A stretch of DNA of 41,109 nt from positions 1 to 41,109 of the forward strand of contig UYFQ01000328.1 in the NCBI GenBank assembly GCA_900617105.1, given 5' to 3'. Position numbers and translations under genes: made by a program. The stretch is from Hydrurus foetidus. Lineage: Eukaryota. The stretch's first letter is position 1. Each line of letters opens with the position of its first letter. Under the pieces are notes generated by a model. That model saw nothing but the letters and a program-made list of their open reading frames with translations. It ran no database searches and was not told where the DNA came from. Positions 20,701 to 33,480 of the stretch are shown here, in pieces.

Positions 20701-22887
20701 TGGGATACTTTTTGGTTGCCTAGCTGCTCTTTCACGTTTTATGTTTCTATTACTGGTTGTGACTGAATATTGACTCTTTTTTTCGTCCTCATCTGCAGAA
20801 GCATTTATGTTCGCAATTTGTTGATTTCCGATGCTTTCAGATGTGTTTGAATCTGCACTTAATGTCGTATGAGGAATTCTGGAACAGAGCACTGCATTCA
20901 TGAAACCACTAAGTGATATGGGGCATCGCATGTAATCTTTATTTTTATGTCCTTCACAGTCACAATTTTTTATTCCATTTGATATGACATTATATCTTCT
21001 TAAGTTCCCGAGGGATTTCAGCTCATTAACTAAATTTATTTGAATGTGATTAGCGCAATCACGCTGTTTTTGGGATAAACAACATGGGCAGAAGGAGTTT
21101 GTAAATGTTCTGAATTTAATTGTTGGTCTTTTCATTATTTCTGATGTGTTACTTTTTGATTTAGTTGTCCTCATATTTTTGTTTTGCCAATTGTAATATT
21201 CATTAGAGCTTTGGAATATTTTGAAGTAATCAAACAGGGATTGGCTTTTGACATGAACTTGATGGTAAGACCTTGTACCGTCATAGTTGTGAACATATTT
21301 TTTAGCTGATGCAAATGTATCCAGCCGTGACAAAAGTCTCTTACAACATTGAGATCTAATTTGTCTTTCCTAGTTTTTCTTCTTCTCGGAGTTAACGAAC
21401 TAAAAAAAAATGATTTTTTTCTCGCATTTTTTCTTTCTTTGAACCACCGAATTTTCCTCTACCATCTCGGCTGTACTATCAAGTGAGGAAAGATCATCTA
21501 CCTCATCACTGGTATTGTAATATGCCCTGTAATTTTCTATTTCTGAGTTATCAGATGAAATGCATAACTCAGATTCACTTTCACTTTCTTCTGTCTTCTC
21601 TTCCATTATTTTCTTAGCTACAGCATTTTCGAACTCATTTCTCTTTATTCTTGCAGCGCCTATTCTTTTCCTTGAGATACTGAGAGCAGCTTCAATTTCA
21701 CTCGTAAGAAGATCTTTGCATATAACAGAAGACAACACTGTTTCAATGGTAGATTCTACTAGCGTGAACTTCCCTCCATGTGTGCTTAGACAAAATAAGT
21801 ATTCTTTTAGTGACCCAACTATTTTGTTATTTATTTCACTTTCATCAGATTTCTCTTTTCCATGAACATTATAGTGCTTTTTAATCGTCAGAATAAAACA
21901 TTCTATAATCTGATTTTTTTTCAGTGCACTGTACTCTTCTATCATGGAATCTATAATATGTATTATATTTTCGGTTAAAGCTTTAGATATTACTGATGCT
22001 GATTTTATTGATTTGAACTCCTTATTCCCTGGTCCCGGCACTAAGATCTTCCTTTTACTTCCAACATTATCTTCTTCTTCATTGCATTCTTCCTTGCATT
22101 CTGTGAATTGTTTCGGAACATGAGAGCTTATCACATCACCACCATTACCGACTGTCAGGACTAATAATCTAGTCTTATAATCATTTCTTCCTTCAAAGTA
22201 GAAATTTCCCATAGAGATCAAACTCTTAAATTCTAATCTATTAGATTTGCTGTACAACATTAGTGCGTTGTATATATATTGTGTCATCCCAAACTCTTCA
22301 CATTCACGATTGATGAATAAGCTAATCTGACGGGTAGATGACGCAATCGTATTTTTGAATTTCTCGCAATGCTTCCGGGTCAAAAGATAATGAGAAATCC
22401 TTTTGAGGATTTTGTCGAACAACTTTAAAGCTTCCACGATATCAATTTCGCTCGCTACATCCTGTGTAACAAAAAAGTGAATATTGGGATGTCAGTTTAC
22501 TGAGGAATGATTGAGGCTAACGAGATTCTCCAGATATGAAAGAATATTTTTGACATGGTATAGAACGATAATCAATGCTCCATTCACCCCTAATACTCTT
22601 GCTGGGAATGGGATGATATCAAAAGATGGTGGAAGGGTTCGGTGATGAAGCTCCCGAAACCTCTTCTTGTCGTTAGGATCAAATTAGGTGAGTGGAAAAC
22701 GGCACCACTAAACTCACCATGGTCGATATGGTGGTGTGGATTTCCAGCGTTCTCCTGGTTAGTTGTGCTGCGAAGAGAGATCGTGCAAGTTGTGTTATGT
22801 TGAGTAGTAAATGTTCATGATGGGAGGAGTGGAATCAAATAAACCAAACTTGAGTGGGACCGTGTGCTCACGATCGTGCAATCAGTG
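17782..22887 (-). mobile_element. 5.1-kb DNA transposon with ~450-bp TIRs (17782-18228 / 22430-22887), CAC...GTG termini, Sola2-like transposase
   Basis: TIR cores are near-identical (2 mismatches seen over ~410 bp). Flanks CCTTG / CTTTG. A large transposase-like gene lies inside. Confidence 0.9.
18979..22461 (-). pseudogene. Sola2-like DDD transposase (>1,100 aa), frame breaks at ~21330-21420
   Basis: ORFs 21400..22437 and 18979..21333. Motifs MTDFSA..., FTDGCAEQYK, TASFKTMVDGQG and Cys-rich segments (CPCC, CFCKDC). Superfamily call is from remembered motifs only. Confidence 0.65.
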
Positions 22888-22902
22888 CTTTGTCCATTTC
22901 AC

Positions 22903-23534
22903 CAAGGGGGTACAAAAGGAGAGGGGACGGTTTCAAGGCTCTTCCCCACCATAAAAAACCTCACAGCTCTCTCACTCAAAATTCAAAACTCTGAACTACC
23001 AAATCCTTTTGGGACTGTGATATGACATGAACCCTCGTTCACCATGAGCTCTGTCATACAATGAATATGCATGCACCGCACTCTTACTTCGTCATGGTAA
23101 GCCTAGATGCCGAAGATTTTCTATGCGATGGCGGAATGTTCGAATGCACCATCGATCAGCTGTATAATTGTGATGAATTTTTTTGCAGCGAGAGCAGGTT
23201 TTCATCAACTTTTTCAAGAAATGCATGGCGAGTCCTTCCAATGTGGAGGGGATTATTTCTGTCCTCTTTGGCTTGGCCTGCGGATATCACAATATTTACA
23301 GTCAACATGTATCCGTCACTAGCGGATCACTAGGAAAAAGGCACCGTGCTGGGAAGGTCATGATCGTAAAATTGGAGACAAGTAGAATAGGGTTGGTTGA
23401 GGAATACCGCCAAAATTTCTCCCGTCTGTCATGTATCATTGAGCATCTACGTGGTGAAGAAGTGGGAGAGAGGTGAGGCTTTTTTGAGGGGGGCCTACCG
23501 GCGAAACCGTCCCCTCTCCTTTTATACCCCCTTG
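22903..23534. mobile_element. 632-bp non-autonomous TIR element, P-element-like
   Basis: 32-bp TIRs CAAGGGGGTA(C/T)AAAAGGAGAGGGGACGGTTTC with 1 mismatch. Degenerate 7-bp flanks ATTTCAC / ATTAAAC. Confidence 0.7.
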
Positions 23535-25676
23535 ATTAAACGTCGATAATTTTCTGCCAAACCTAAAATACGGAAACGGTTACTACACTTTCACCACTGA
23601 AGTCTTCTTGTATTCTTCAATCCAATGCTATCGCAGTCCACTAGATACATTAAGACATCGTTGTACAATCGTCTCTGAGCTTTACTGCCAGTCAGTTTTT
23701 TTTCAAGCTGGTCAACATTAGTGGAGTTGTCTAGTTTGCATGACATTAGATGGATTGAAAAAAATAATTCCGATTTATCTGTTAACGTCCTCTAAATCGT
23801 GTTAATTGCAAGTCATATGTCCTGGAAGTAATCGCAGCTAGCGGAGAATCATTGAGTACCTTCTAAATCTATTATAAGATCTTTTGTTGGTAGCTCCGCT
23901 AACTGATACTCTTTGTGTCGAGAATGGTTTGTGAACTGCGGTATCTGCCACTGATATTGGACAGGGAGATAGCGAATGCTATGGCCATTGCCATCGCAAT
24001 GAGCAGTCCAATCATTCATTGTGACTTTCGTAATGCTCAGACTATTTTGTCTGGCCTGGATAGTGAAGTTCACGCCGAACCGCGTAGCAAAGGCAGAAGC
24101 GTTCGGCGAACTCAGCTGTTTCGAATCCCCATGTTCATTCATCTTCAGCTTGGACTCTCATTGCATAGTCTGCGAGTGTACATCGCAAGAACGTATCCTG
24201 TCCTATTTCTTCAATCAAAGAAGACCACAGATTATTACAAACATCTTGACCAAAACTGCAATGCTCATAAGATGAAAGTATTGGGAGATGGTACCAACAT
24301 AGGCCAAGAGAAAATAGAAAGCAGTTATAATAACTTTATCAAATTCCTGGCCTTCGAGAGAAAATTAATCTCAAATAATTCATTTCTTCATATTCCATGC
24401 TCACCAGCAACCATTGAAAAGGTCGGCTCCCCGGTAGTCAATCCTCCAATAATTGTTACTCCATTTGAAACAGTATCCCAAAAGGTATTAAAAAAAGGAA
24501 TAAAAGTTCTAATCAACCTTCGGAAAAAGAACTGAAACAAGGTATTAATTTTAAAAGATTAAGAGAACGTTTGCGATATATTGAATCATTCTCATGGCCA
24601 CTAAGTACCTGACTACTTCCGGATTTGCCTGCCTGTATGAGGAAGAGTAAGATCTCGGAGAAATATCTTCGGAACCATGGAGCATGATAAAATGGTGCAT
24701 CCATTTTGACGAACAGTGTTGAGAAAACACGGTGTCAAAATTGGCCATGCGGCGTGGCCTGGTGGCGGCTGAAGTATCTCCGATAACATTAAAAGGTTTC
24801 TACTCGACGTTGGGCTCTGCTGTAATCTGTAGAGCCTTCGAAAGATCTCGTTCGTTTAATTTCTGCTTTGAGATTGCTGTTCGGTGCCACTTGTAGACGT
24901 AGGGGCTTCAAGAAAAGATGCCGACATCGTCGTGAGTATATTCTTCGCAGTTGTTGGAATTCAAAATTCCGTAGCCGTTGACAAAAGAAGAGGATCCTTT
25001 CTTCCTTCGGATGAAGATACTGACTAGTATCGGTGAGCTGATGTGGAGTACAGATGGTGAGGCAAAGTGGGTTGGCAGTTCGCAGCCGACGGGACACTAG
25101 AACACCCCCAAAATTGAGGTCAGTTTTCACGGATTTTTTTCCGTAAGTGACAGAATCTGAAAACACGTCCTTTAATAAGATATCTTCTGGAATAAATTAA
25201 AAAAAAAATTTCCTCCAGGCAGTCGATCAATGAGTGTACTGTCTATCTGATGTATTAAACGAGAGTTGATAATTTCAATTTTGAGGAAAGTTGTTGACGA
25301 TAGCCCAAAAGGGTGTAATGGACCAAGAACTCAGTCATTTGGATTTTATTTTACTAAGGTGCCGATACCTCTAACAAGATTACATCTTAGACAATCTTAT
25401 TTATGGGCAGAATTAAATAAATCACACTGTATTCTGCACCAAACCAGTAGTCGGATGCCTCAGTAGTGCAAATTGACTTCCTAAGTAGCCGATACCACAC
25501 TGTAACATTTGCTGGAATACTGACCAATCCGGTACTATTCCAACCGATCTCTACGTTAGTGGTCATAATTGCCAAGTGCTGTACGCGTACGTGCTTTGTC
25601 CGGTATGTACGCGTTCGTGCCCCTGTGTGTGGGCGGTAGTAGCTGACTCAACAAGTTGTTTCGGTTCCCCAATCCC

Positions 25677-25746
25677 GTTTCTCAACTTTCATTTCTCCAG
25701 TCCCGCTTCTCAACAACATTCACTTCTCAACTCTCATTTCTCAAAT
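25677..25746 (+). repeat. TTCTCAA(C) motif array; inverted homolog at 34868-34981
   Basis: AACTTTCATTTCTCCAGTCCCGCTTCTCAA versus revcomp of ~34950-34981 AACTTTCATTTCTCCAATTCCGCTTCTCAA. Confidence 0.7.
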
Positions 25747-27309
25747 TCAAAATGAATAATGAGAAAGCAAACAGAAAAGAAAATGAAACGGTAAAAATGA
25801 AACACCAGAACACTGCATGAAAAATATTCCCACTGCTACTATTGAACGATTATAAAATTTGTATCTTTTAATTCTGTGCTATCAGTTTCTTATCACTATT
25901 TGCTCAGAAAAATAACTTAACTGTGCTTGACTTAATTTTTTTGTCGTCTAAACAACATAAACTTTTGAAGTCTAATGTTAAGCTGTTCTCAAAGTCGAAA
26001 TTTATGACTAGTGCTATATCGAGATACTGCTGGGCATGTATGAATTCAATCAAGAGCTACAAAACAAAAAGTCAAGCGCTCCATCGACTGGGCCATTGCT
26101 GGTGCAGACCATGATGGAATTTCACTGGTTATGAGTGTTACAGAGGAAATAGAGCACAGTCGGTTGCGTAGGTGCGAAATTGTATCTAGGCTTACAGTTT
26201 CTTCTTATCTCGCAACTCTAGGAATCATCCTACGACAGATGCCGAGAAGACGACGGAGGTTGGGACCCTAAGGCCGAAATCGGGTCCAAGGTCCCTAACG
26301 GCTACAGCACTGTAAAGAGTACTGCTCAACAGACGCTTCCGACGTTGTCGTTAGGGGTGCGAGAAATGCCATCATTGTAAAAGCTACAGAAGGTTGGTTG
26401 TACTAATCTAATCTTGATTGCCTTTCCACTTTCCATAGTGTGCCTCGACTAAATGTCCTAGACTCGGGGTCGTGGGTCCGAGTTCTGCCTTGATTCGTGA
26501 CTTTCTTAATTACGCACGCTCGATAGACTGTTTAGACCCCCGGCACGACGTCTTCGATAAATTAGAAATAAATTAGACCATCATATCCCATGCCTTGTGA
26601 AAACATACCGTTTTCCCACTCCGCTACTACAATGAACAATGATGATGATTATGATGACGATGACGGTGACCTGAAAAAAATTGGCCTAAGTTTGAGATCG
26701 TATACAAAAACTACAACCTTCCCGCCAAAGGCGGGAAATGAAACCGATACCCCTTTTCAAAATTCCCACTAAATTTCAATATTCCCCTGAATTTTTTTGA
26801 GTGTCGACCCCCCACACAAAAGTTTTAGTCCCCTCTACAAAAAAATTTCATGTCCAAAATGACTGATATGCAAATTATTGCCACGCCACGTGCAAATTGA
26901 AAAGCTTCGTAGAAGATCTTGACTTCGTTGCCACCTCTCATCTGCAGCTGCGCATGACTCAATCACAAACCACCACTCATAAACAAGCACAATAGCGAAA
27001 AAAATTGACGCGTTCTGAGTCAGAACTTTCGCTCGTCATCTCGAATGACGCACCTCCGCGCAAAAATTCGCGATTTCTGATGCCTCCACCATTGAATTCA
27101 AGCCCCTCAGGTAGAAAATCTCCACTTGCTTCCCAGTTTAGCCAAACTGGCATCCCGCCACCACGTAACAACCACAACTTACGTCATCAATTCTTCAACA
27201 TTGAACAGAAGAACGGTTTGTAGCCATCTGAAGGTTCGTCGTCATTGTGAAATATTAAACCTTCTTTGCACCAGATCAATGCCATCCGCCTTTACTGCAA
27301 CATCATAAA

Positions 27310-27838
27310 TCAGTTGATATCTCAACTTCTCCCGAGCTGGAAACCCCTCCCTGCCCAGCGAGCGCCTCTCATCATCAGCATCAGCAGCATCATCAACACC
27401 AGCACCTCACCAACGGCACAGCGCATCAGCCTCTTGTGGCTGCCGTTTAGTCCCTCCCGTCATCTGACATCACTGCATTCCTTTGACTCAGTTGGTCTCT
27501 CAACTTCTCCCGAGCTGGAAACCCGTCCCTGTCCAGCGAGCGCCTCCCACCAGCAGCATCAACACCAGCACCAGCACCTCACCAAAAAGCGCAGCGCATC
27601 AGCTTTAGGTAGCTGCAATTTCCTTGTCCAGCGAGCGCCTCTCATCATCATCATCATCAGCAGCAGCAGCACCGTCAACACCATCACCTCACCAACGGCG
27701 CAGTGCATCACTGCATTCCTTCGACTCAGTTGGTCTCTCAACTTCTCCCGAGCTGGAAACCCCTCCCTGTCCAGCGAGCGCCTCCCACCATCAGCATCAA
27801 CACCAGCACCTCACCAACGGCACAGCGCATCAGCCTCT
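27310..27838 (+). repeat. Complex tandem repeat (3 full plus 1 partial units) downstream of the recombinase gene
   Basis: CAGTTG..CTCAACTTCTCCCGAGCTGGAAACCC..CCAGCGAGCGCCTC at ~27311, 27489 and 27727, with CAG/CAT-rich spacers. Confidence 0.85.
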
Positions 27839-27885
27839 TGACTTTAATCCCTCCATCATTTCATTCCATTCCACTCAGATTCCCT

Positions 27886-28030
27886 CCTCTCTCTCTCTCT
27901 CTCTCTCCGACGATACTGAACTCGTTATAATACGTAGTGCACCTATCACTCTCACGCAATCTATCTCTCCCTTTTATTTCTCTCTCTCACTCCTTTTTTT
28001 CTTCAAACATCAGTCATGCAAGTAACACTG

Positions 28031-28065
<35 letters not shown>

Positions 28066-28070
28066 GCTAC
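27886..28070. repeat. (CT)n microsatellite ~27886-27907 and (CTA)n microsatellite ~28031-28064
   Basis: Directly visible simple repeats; (CTA)n gives the poly-Val tail of ORF 28014..28826. Confidence 0.9.
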
Positions 28071-30519
28071 CATTATCACTTCTGCCACCAGTACTGCCGA
28101 TTGATTTTTTCCCCCCGCTCGCAACGCTGCATTTCTTGATGCCTCAAGTTCATCTGTAGTTGGTACAGGATACTTCAAGTTCTTCCATCGCCTCGCCAAC
28201 GCCCCAATAGTGTATGACTTTGCATTACCTGTTTTGCCCTCCTTCATAATCAGAAATTCTCCAAGCACCCTCACGACCGACTTCGCTGCTGCCTTGATAT
28301 TCATTTCCCATCCTGTATAGATGGAATCCGTTGCTGCATTGGGCTGCTCTGCCTTGAACGCTTTCAGTTCACTTTCACTGGCTATCTTCTCAGTTAGCAG
28401 GATAATGTTTTTGGCATCTAGTACATTATCGTTGCATACCTTAACACCAATCGTAATATCCCATCGCGCTGTGTTGATACTGGCGATAGGCCCTTGAATG
28501 CTTCCTAATGATTTCGCGTACCAATCATAAACGAACTCCTCTACCAGCTTGCCTGCCAAAGTCCTTGACGGATAACCGTTTGTTGGCTTCTTAAACTGGC
28601 TGTTGAAAAGCATCGCAGGTGTTGGTATCGGTGCTTCTGGCTCTAGCTCTGGAATTGGTTGAATATACTCGACTCTATCGTTTTCATCAACTCTTGCCCT
28701 CTTCGCACTCACACCAGAATTACACTGTCTGGGTGAGGAATCGCGTAGCAATAAATCAGTGAGCTGCGCCAGTGAATTCTGCATGTCGTTCATTTGTCCC
28801 TGCATTGAGTCGATCGACCTCCTCATTTCATCTGAGCTCTTAGAAGAAGGTTGCAGTAGATGGTCAAGATTCTGTCATGTGTCAATCATAAATGCTGAAA
28901 TGCAATTTGTATCCTCACCTGTTTCTGTGATGTTACACAGTCTTCTAAAATAACAACCCGTTCCAGAAGCAATGGAATGAGAGATTCCCCTCCATGCATT
29001 ACCGCCTTGATGTTATCCATCTTGAATTTGTTGCGTATCTGCATACCCCATTCTAGAAGAACACTAACTCTAATATCACATTCGTTGCACTTCTCATTGA
29101 TTATATTCAACGTTGGATGGTTTGGATATTTAATACGCATTGCTGAATAGTAGACAAGGAATGTCGCAAAGATGCATTTTGCGAATGGCCACAGCCTCCC
29201 ACCAGGATCCATACCAACAACTGATGACTGGAACAACTTGATAATCAAATTATCCACCTTGATCATGAAGTCAGCAGGCATTGTCGAGCAGTCAGGCTGC
29301 TGAACAGACATTCTGGAGTCTTTCCATCCCGACAAAGCTCTACCTGCATTTGAGATCGGGCCAATTATCCCTCCAATGTAGCAGAAGGCACGGCTTAATC
29401 CCTTTGTGTCCCAACCGCCTCTGAATAGAGTGTCCTCCAGCTTACATGTCGGGTGATCCGTCAGTAACGTTGCAGCACCGACCCTGCAATGTCCAATAGT
29501 AAAATTGTACACTGTTATCATGTTCTGTATCGATCACAATCAAAAATGCAGTACCTTAATGATGTTCCCTCATAGTTAGCTGACATCCCTGCAATAGAGG
29601 CATCATCACACGCAGCCATGCCTTCTCTCACATACTTAGTCATCATTCCTGCTGCTGTGTCTGAATTTCTTGCCAAATCCGGAAATATCCAATGATTACC
29701 GTGACCAGGTGTTATTCTAGAGTTTCCACCCCCCATCATTAGATAGCAGGCAAGAGCATGGTAGATATCAATCTCCATGATACCAGCATCCGAAAAGAAG
29801 TTCATAGGATCCGAATCGCCTATGTAGAGATAAAAATAACGCTGTTGAGTAAGTAATGGTGAGTCTTACTAAATAAAAAAAAACGCACCAGTTTTTAATT
29901 CTCTCCACTCCATTATCAAATTGCCAACATCATAGTCCCAAAAAGCAGTCGTCCAAGTGGAGCAAGCAACTTCACCAGATCTACCGACGGCAAGAAAGGT
30001 CATAACAATTGCCAGCCTTCTCTTCATGGAGTCTACACTGTTTGACGTGACTTTCATGAGTCCTTCACAGATTGAGGTAAAAAGTTTGCGGCCGAGTGGT
30101 AATGAGGACTCGGCTATGGGGCGTCCGTCCTGAATCTGCCTCCGATTAACCTTTTTCTCGACAGCTACTCTTAAAGATGGATACCATCTTTCTAGAAGTC
30201 TCTCTTCCCAAAGAATGTTCTGAGGATACTTTCTCATTGCCATTTCTTTCGCCGCAGACAAGTACTGTGCAGCAGTACCAGACACAAACTATTCACCAGT
30301 CGATCTCATAGCAAATTCCGTTATGTACGTTGCGAACTCTCTGAACAGTTGTCCGCTACAAAGTTTCTCCTCGCTTAAGCGATGTGCAGAGGCTACACCG
30401 GTCGAATTCAAACCCAAGCCTTTTGTGGAGGAAAAAGTCTCAAAGTGTTTCATGGCCACATTTTTGCCCTTCAAGGTCGATTTCGCCATTCCCCCCGACG
30501 CAAGTGGAGTATACTCCAT
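28014..30519 (-). pseudogene. Crypton-like tyrosine recombinase; exons 30519-29889, 29819-29555, 29483-28919, 28838-28014; in-frame TAG at 30291-30289
   Basis: The spliced product has YR catalytic motifs VGRSGE (R), EGTSLRVGAA (HxxR with H->T), RGGW (W) and AFCY (Y). Three GT-AG introns have consistent phases. Confidence 0.85.
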
Positions 30520-30642
30520 AACTTAAAATTTCACTTCCTGAACTTCCAATCGTAGTTTGTGACGATATCAACCATTCAGCAATGCTTATCCATTCAGAGA
30601 TGCTCATAATTAATTGTTCAGCTGAAGAGTAGACTTTTGAAA

Positions 30643-30675
30643 TTTCCCGCCATCCCTATAGGGGAAGGCGGGAAA
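30643..30675. promoter_or_regulatory. Inverted pair of TTTCCCGCC motifs (E2F-consensus-like) upstream of the recombinase; second pair at 26719-26737
   Basis: TTTCCCGCC-N15-GGCGGGAAA lies 124-156 bp upstream of the ATG; TTCCCGCC-AAA-GGCGGGAA lies downstream of the gene. Confidence 0.45.
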
Positions 30676-31117
30676 CCGATGGGATTTCCCTCAAGAAAGC
30701 ATGCCGTGTCGACATATACAAAAACATTTCTTTTTTTTTTATAAATTTTAAGAGTCACCGTCCCTATTCGTGCTCTAAATTTTAATCTATAGGGGGAACC
30801 GATTTTGCACCCAAATCCGTTTTCCCCAAAGAAATCGTAATTCGTCATATCAGACAAAACGGTTTTCACCATCGTGTTCAGCGTGAAATTTTACGGAAGG
30901 GAGGATTGTAGCTGCTTAACTCCCATTCCAAAAATGGAGCACATTTTCGAAAATAATAAATTTTTCGAATCTGAAATCCACTTTGAACATCGAAGTCGAA
31001 CTCGGTACGTAGTAGCTACAGCAATCTTTTACGTCAAAAGGCAGCTATTTCAATAAGCAATTTGTAGAAGTGCATTCCGAGCAAAACTCAAAATTCTCTT
31101 GGCGAAACATTTATTTG

Positions 31118-33480
31118 ATGGCGACATCTTTCTCACAGGGGGATAACGGGATGTGGACTTTTTACGCTATAGTAAGAACCACGAAAGGTTTTACAACCAA
31201 GAAACCTGCCAGATTCTGGTCATCGAAAGAAGCTGCAGAGAAAGATGTCGAGTTGTTCATCTGGTACGAGAGCATTCGAGGTCCTGATGATCCAATGGTG
31301 CCCTACCCTCGCGGTCAGTGGTTCAGAACTATGCTGCCCGATAAATCTTGGGATATCGTGAGAGAATATTTGAGTGAATATGGTCAGAAACATCAAGAAA
31401 AGAAAAGAAAATGTGATCCCAACTTCGTGATCTCCAAATTTGCACGCCGTGAGAACAACAGGAAGAAGGAATGTCGAGATGATGAAGGCGTCTCTCTGGG
31501 CCCCAATAAAAGATCGTCATCAAAAGCCTTTGACTATGCGCAAGCGTTACAGTGATCTTACAGTGCGACGCAAAGTGGTCGTGAACAAGCGAATGGAGGA
31601 TGTTATCCGTGGCTGCTGGAACGAGTTGGGACCACGACAATCAGACAAGGAGCTCACTGAATGCATGAGATCAATTTTTCCGATGAAATGAGGCGCTGCA
31701 TTCGCGACTCTTATGCGTTCGCAGATAAGAAAAATAATGAAGACCGTAAAACTCAAATCATATCAACATTTGTTTTACAAAAAGATATGACAAAGCGTAA
31801 ACTTGAGTCTATTATCGGTCATGCAATAGGTGGTAGGAAGTATGGTAACGCACGATTTCACGCAGTGCAATGTGGACCTGGTCAGCCCTAGCCCTCACAT
31901 GTGCACTCACGTAATATCGACAGGAGGAGAATCATCATTGAGAAGTTCGTGTCATTCTGCATGGAGAATGGAATCATAACTGCAAACGGCAGAACGATCG
32001 AACTACCTGGGATAGAGGCGCGTAGCGTACCGAATATCAAGAGGGTTGAAGGGAGGCAGCCCCTAATAAGGTCATTTGAGGAGCGAGAGATGAGCTTGTG
32101 TGCAGTAGACAACGTACACGATCCTAAGTCGCGCCGCTTCGTCTCCCTTCGGCGGCAGTCCATGGAGGATGTCATCGCTGTAGTCTGCCCAGATAAACAT
32201 TGCAGTTTGGCTGCTTTGGACGTCGTTGGGCAGCTACATGGCACGGTAAACTTCAGAGTCCTGCGAAAAAAACTCACCCAGATCCAATACAACTTCCGCC
32301 ACCTGGAAGATAAGATCGATGTAGTGATTCAGAAATTATTAGAGGTGGAGGTCACTCTTGGTCTCAAAAGCAAATTTAGGTCAATTGATCATTTCTGTTC
32401 AGAAAGGAATAATGACGGACCTGCTATTCACTGTCATTACTTCGCCTTCGGCAAAGTTGACCCGCAGGCCAATGAAGGTGATGGCGCTAGATTCTCCTGT
32501 GGACATCATCATGCAGGCAGTTGTGAGATATGTGAAGGAATAGACTCATTTGCATCTATGCTTGAGAAACTATCTGACGGAGAGTCAGAAGACGTAAAAA
32601 AAGTGGTAATCGATTTGAATATCGATTATCATATAAGGAGGTTTCGACACTATGCTGGTCGTCAGGCTAGGTTGGCTCATGAATCAAAAGCTATTACACA
32701 CATCAAAAATGAGTTGATTGAGGATGTGGGTACGATCCTCATCACGGCAGACAATGTCATAATGAGGTACATGAGGGTGCGAAAGAGAAAACACTATGTA
32801 AGTTTGGATGGGCAAAGAGGATAACATTGAAACACCCCGGATTAAGTGCAGAGATGTCAGAGCTTTTAAAGTGGATATTCCATCGTGGTAATGAGAAAGG
32901 CAACTCTAAATTCTCACCTAGTTCTATGCTTAGCCAAGCAGCAAACTATGGACTGCCTTCCCCCTTGTTCGCTGATGATGCGTTTTGGAACGATGCCGTT
33001 GCAAGAAGTGGAGGCCAGAGAATATTCACCCGCGTAGAGATACCTGAGGAGTGGCAGGTTAAGCAGTATGTATGCCAGTTGTCAACTACAGTGAAACAAA
33101 AGCAAAAGGCCGCTGCAGGAGTTCAGGTGCTTTCACCAGAGGTTAAGCTGCAACATCTTACATCGCACCTTCGGACAGTGTCTGACATACCACTCGAGCC
33201 CTCACATCTAGCTAATTTGATCCTCGATATTGGCGTCGATCTGACAACAATACTGCAGAAAGATTTAAAGGAGATACTTAAGTTAGCGGTATTCACTCCG
33301 GCGTGTAAAAGAGCTGTAATTGAAGCTTGCAAAAAAGTTGGAAGGATATTACCAGATCTCAACAACGCACCGTGTGTTCAGCTGATACAAGATGATGTCG
33401 GTGACGACGTTGAGGGTGAAGCCGTTGCCCAAAATGCTTACGATAGAGAGCACAACTGCGATGATGAAGACGTAGATTAG
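31118..33480 (+). pseudogene. Sola3-like transposase remnant lacking most of the catalytic core
   Basis: Broken ORFs containing SLAALD, IHCHYFAF, CGHHHAGSCEIC, ILITAD and C-terminal IFHRGNEKG...RIFT..E....QVKQY. Multiple stops and frameshifts. Confidence 0.65.

Noticed and set aside
23107..23322. Possible THAP-domain remnant (MPKIFYAMAECSN) in the P-like element
   Set aside because: It lacks the conserved C2CH, P, W and F residues.
23540..25600. Several short ORFs, including a weak CxC (FCLC...YP) SWIM-like hint on the minus strand
   Set aside because: There are many stops and no recognisable catalytic motif. It is possibly a decayed gene or TE but cannot be supported.
26137..26590. Possible solo LTR or ribozyme-like hairpins
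   Set aside because: No TG...CA pair with a matching TSD and no hammerhead core found on either strand.
27310..27838. Repeat-spacer pattern resembling a CRISPR array
   Set aside because: Spacers are homologous low-complexity sequence of variable length, the context is eukaryotic, and there are no cas genes.
27266..28025. ORFs of 191, 133 and 75 aa over the tandem repeat
   Set aside because: They are low-complexity open frames created by the repeat, with no domain signal.
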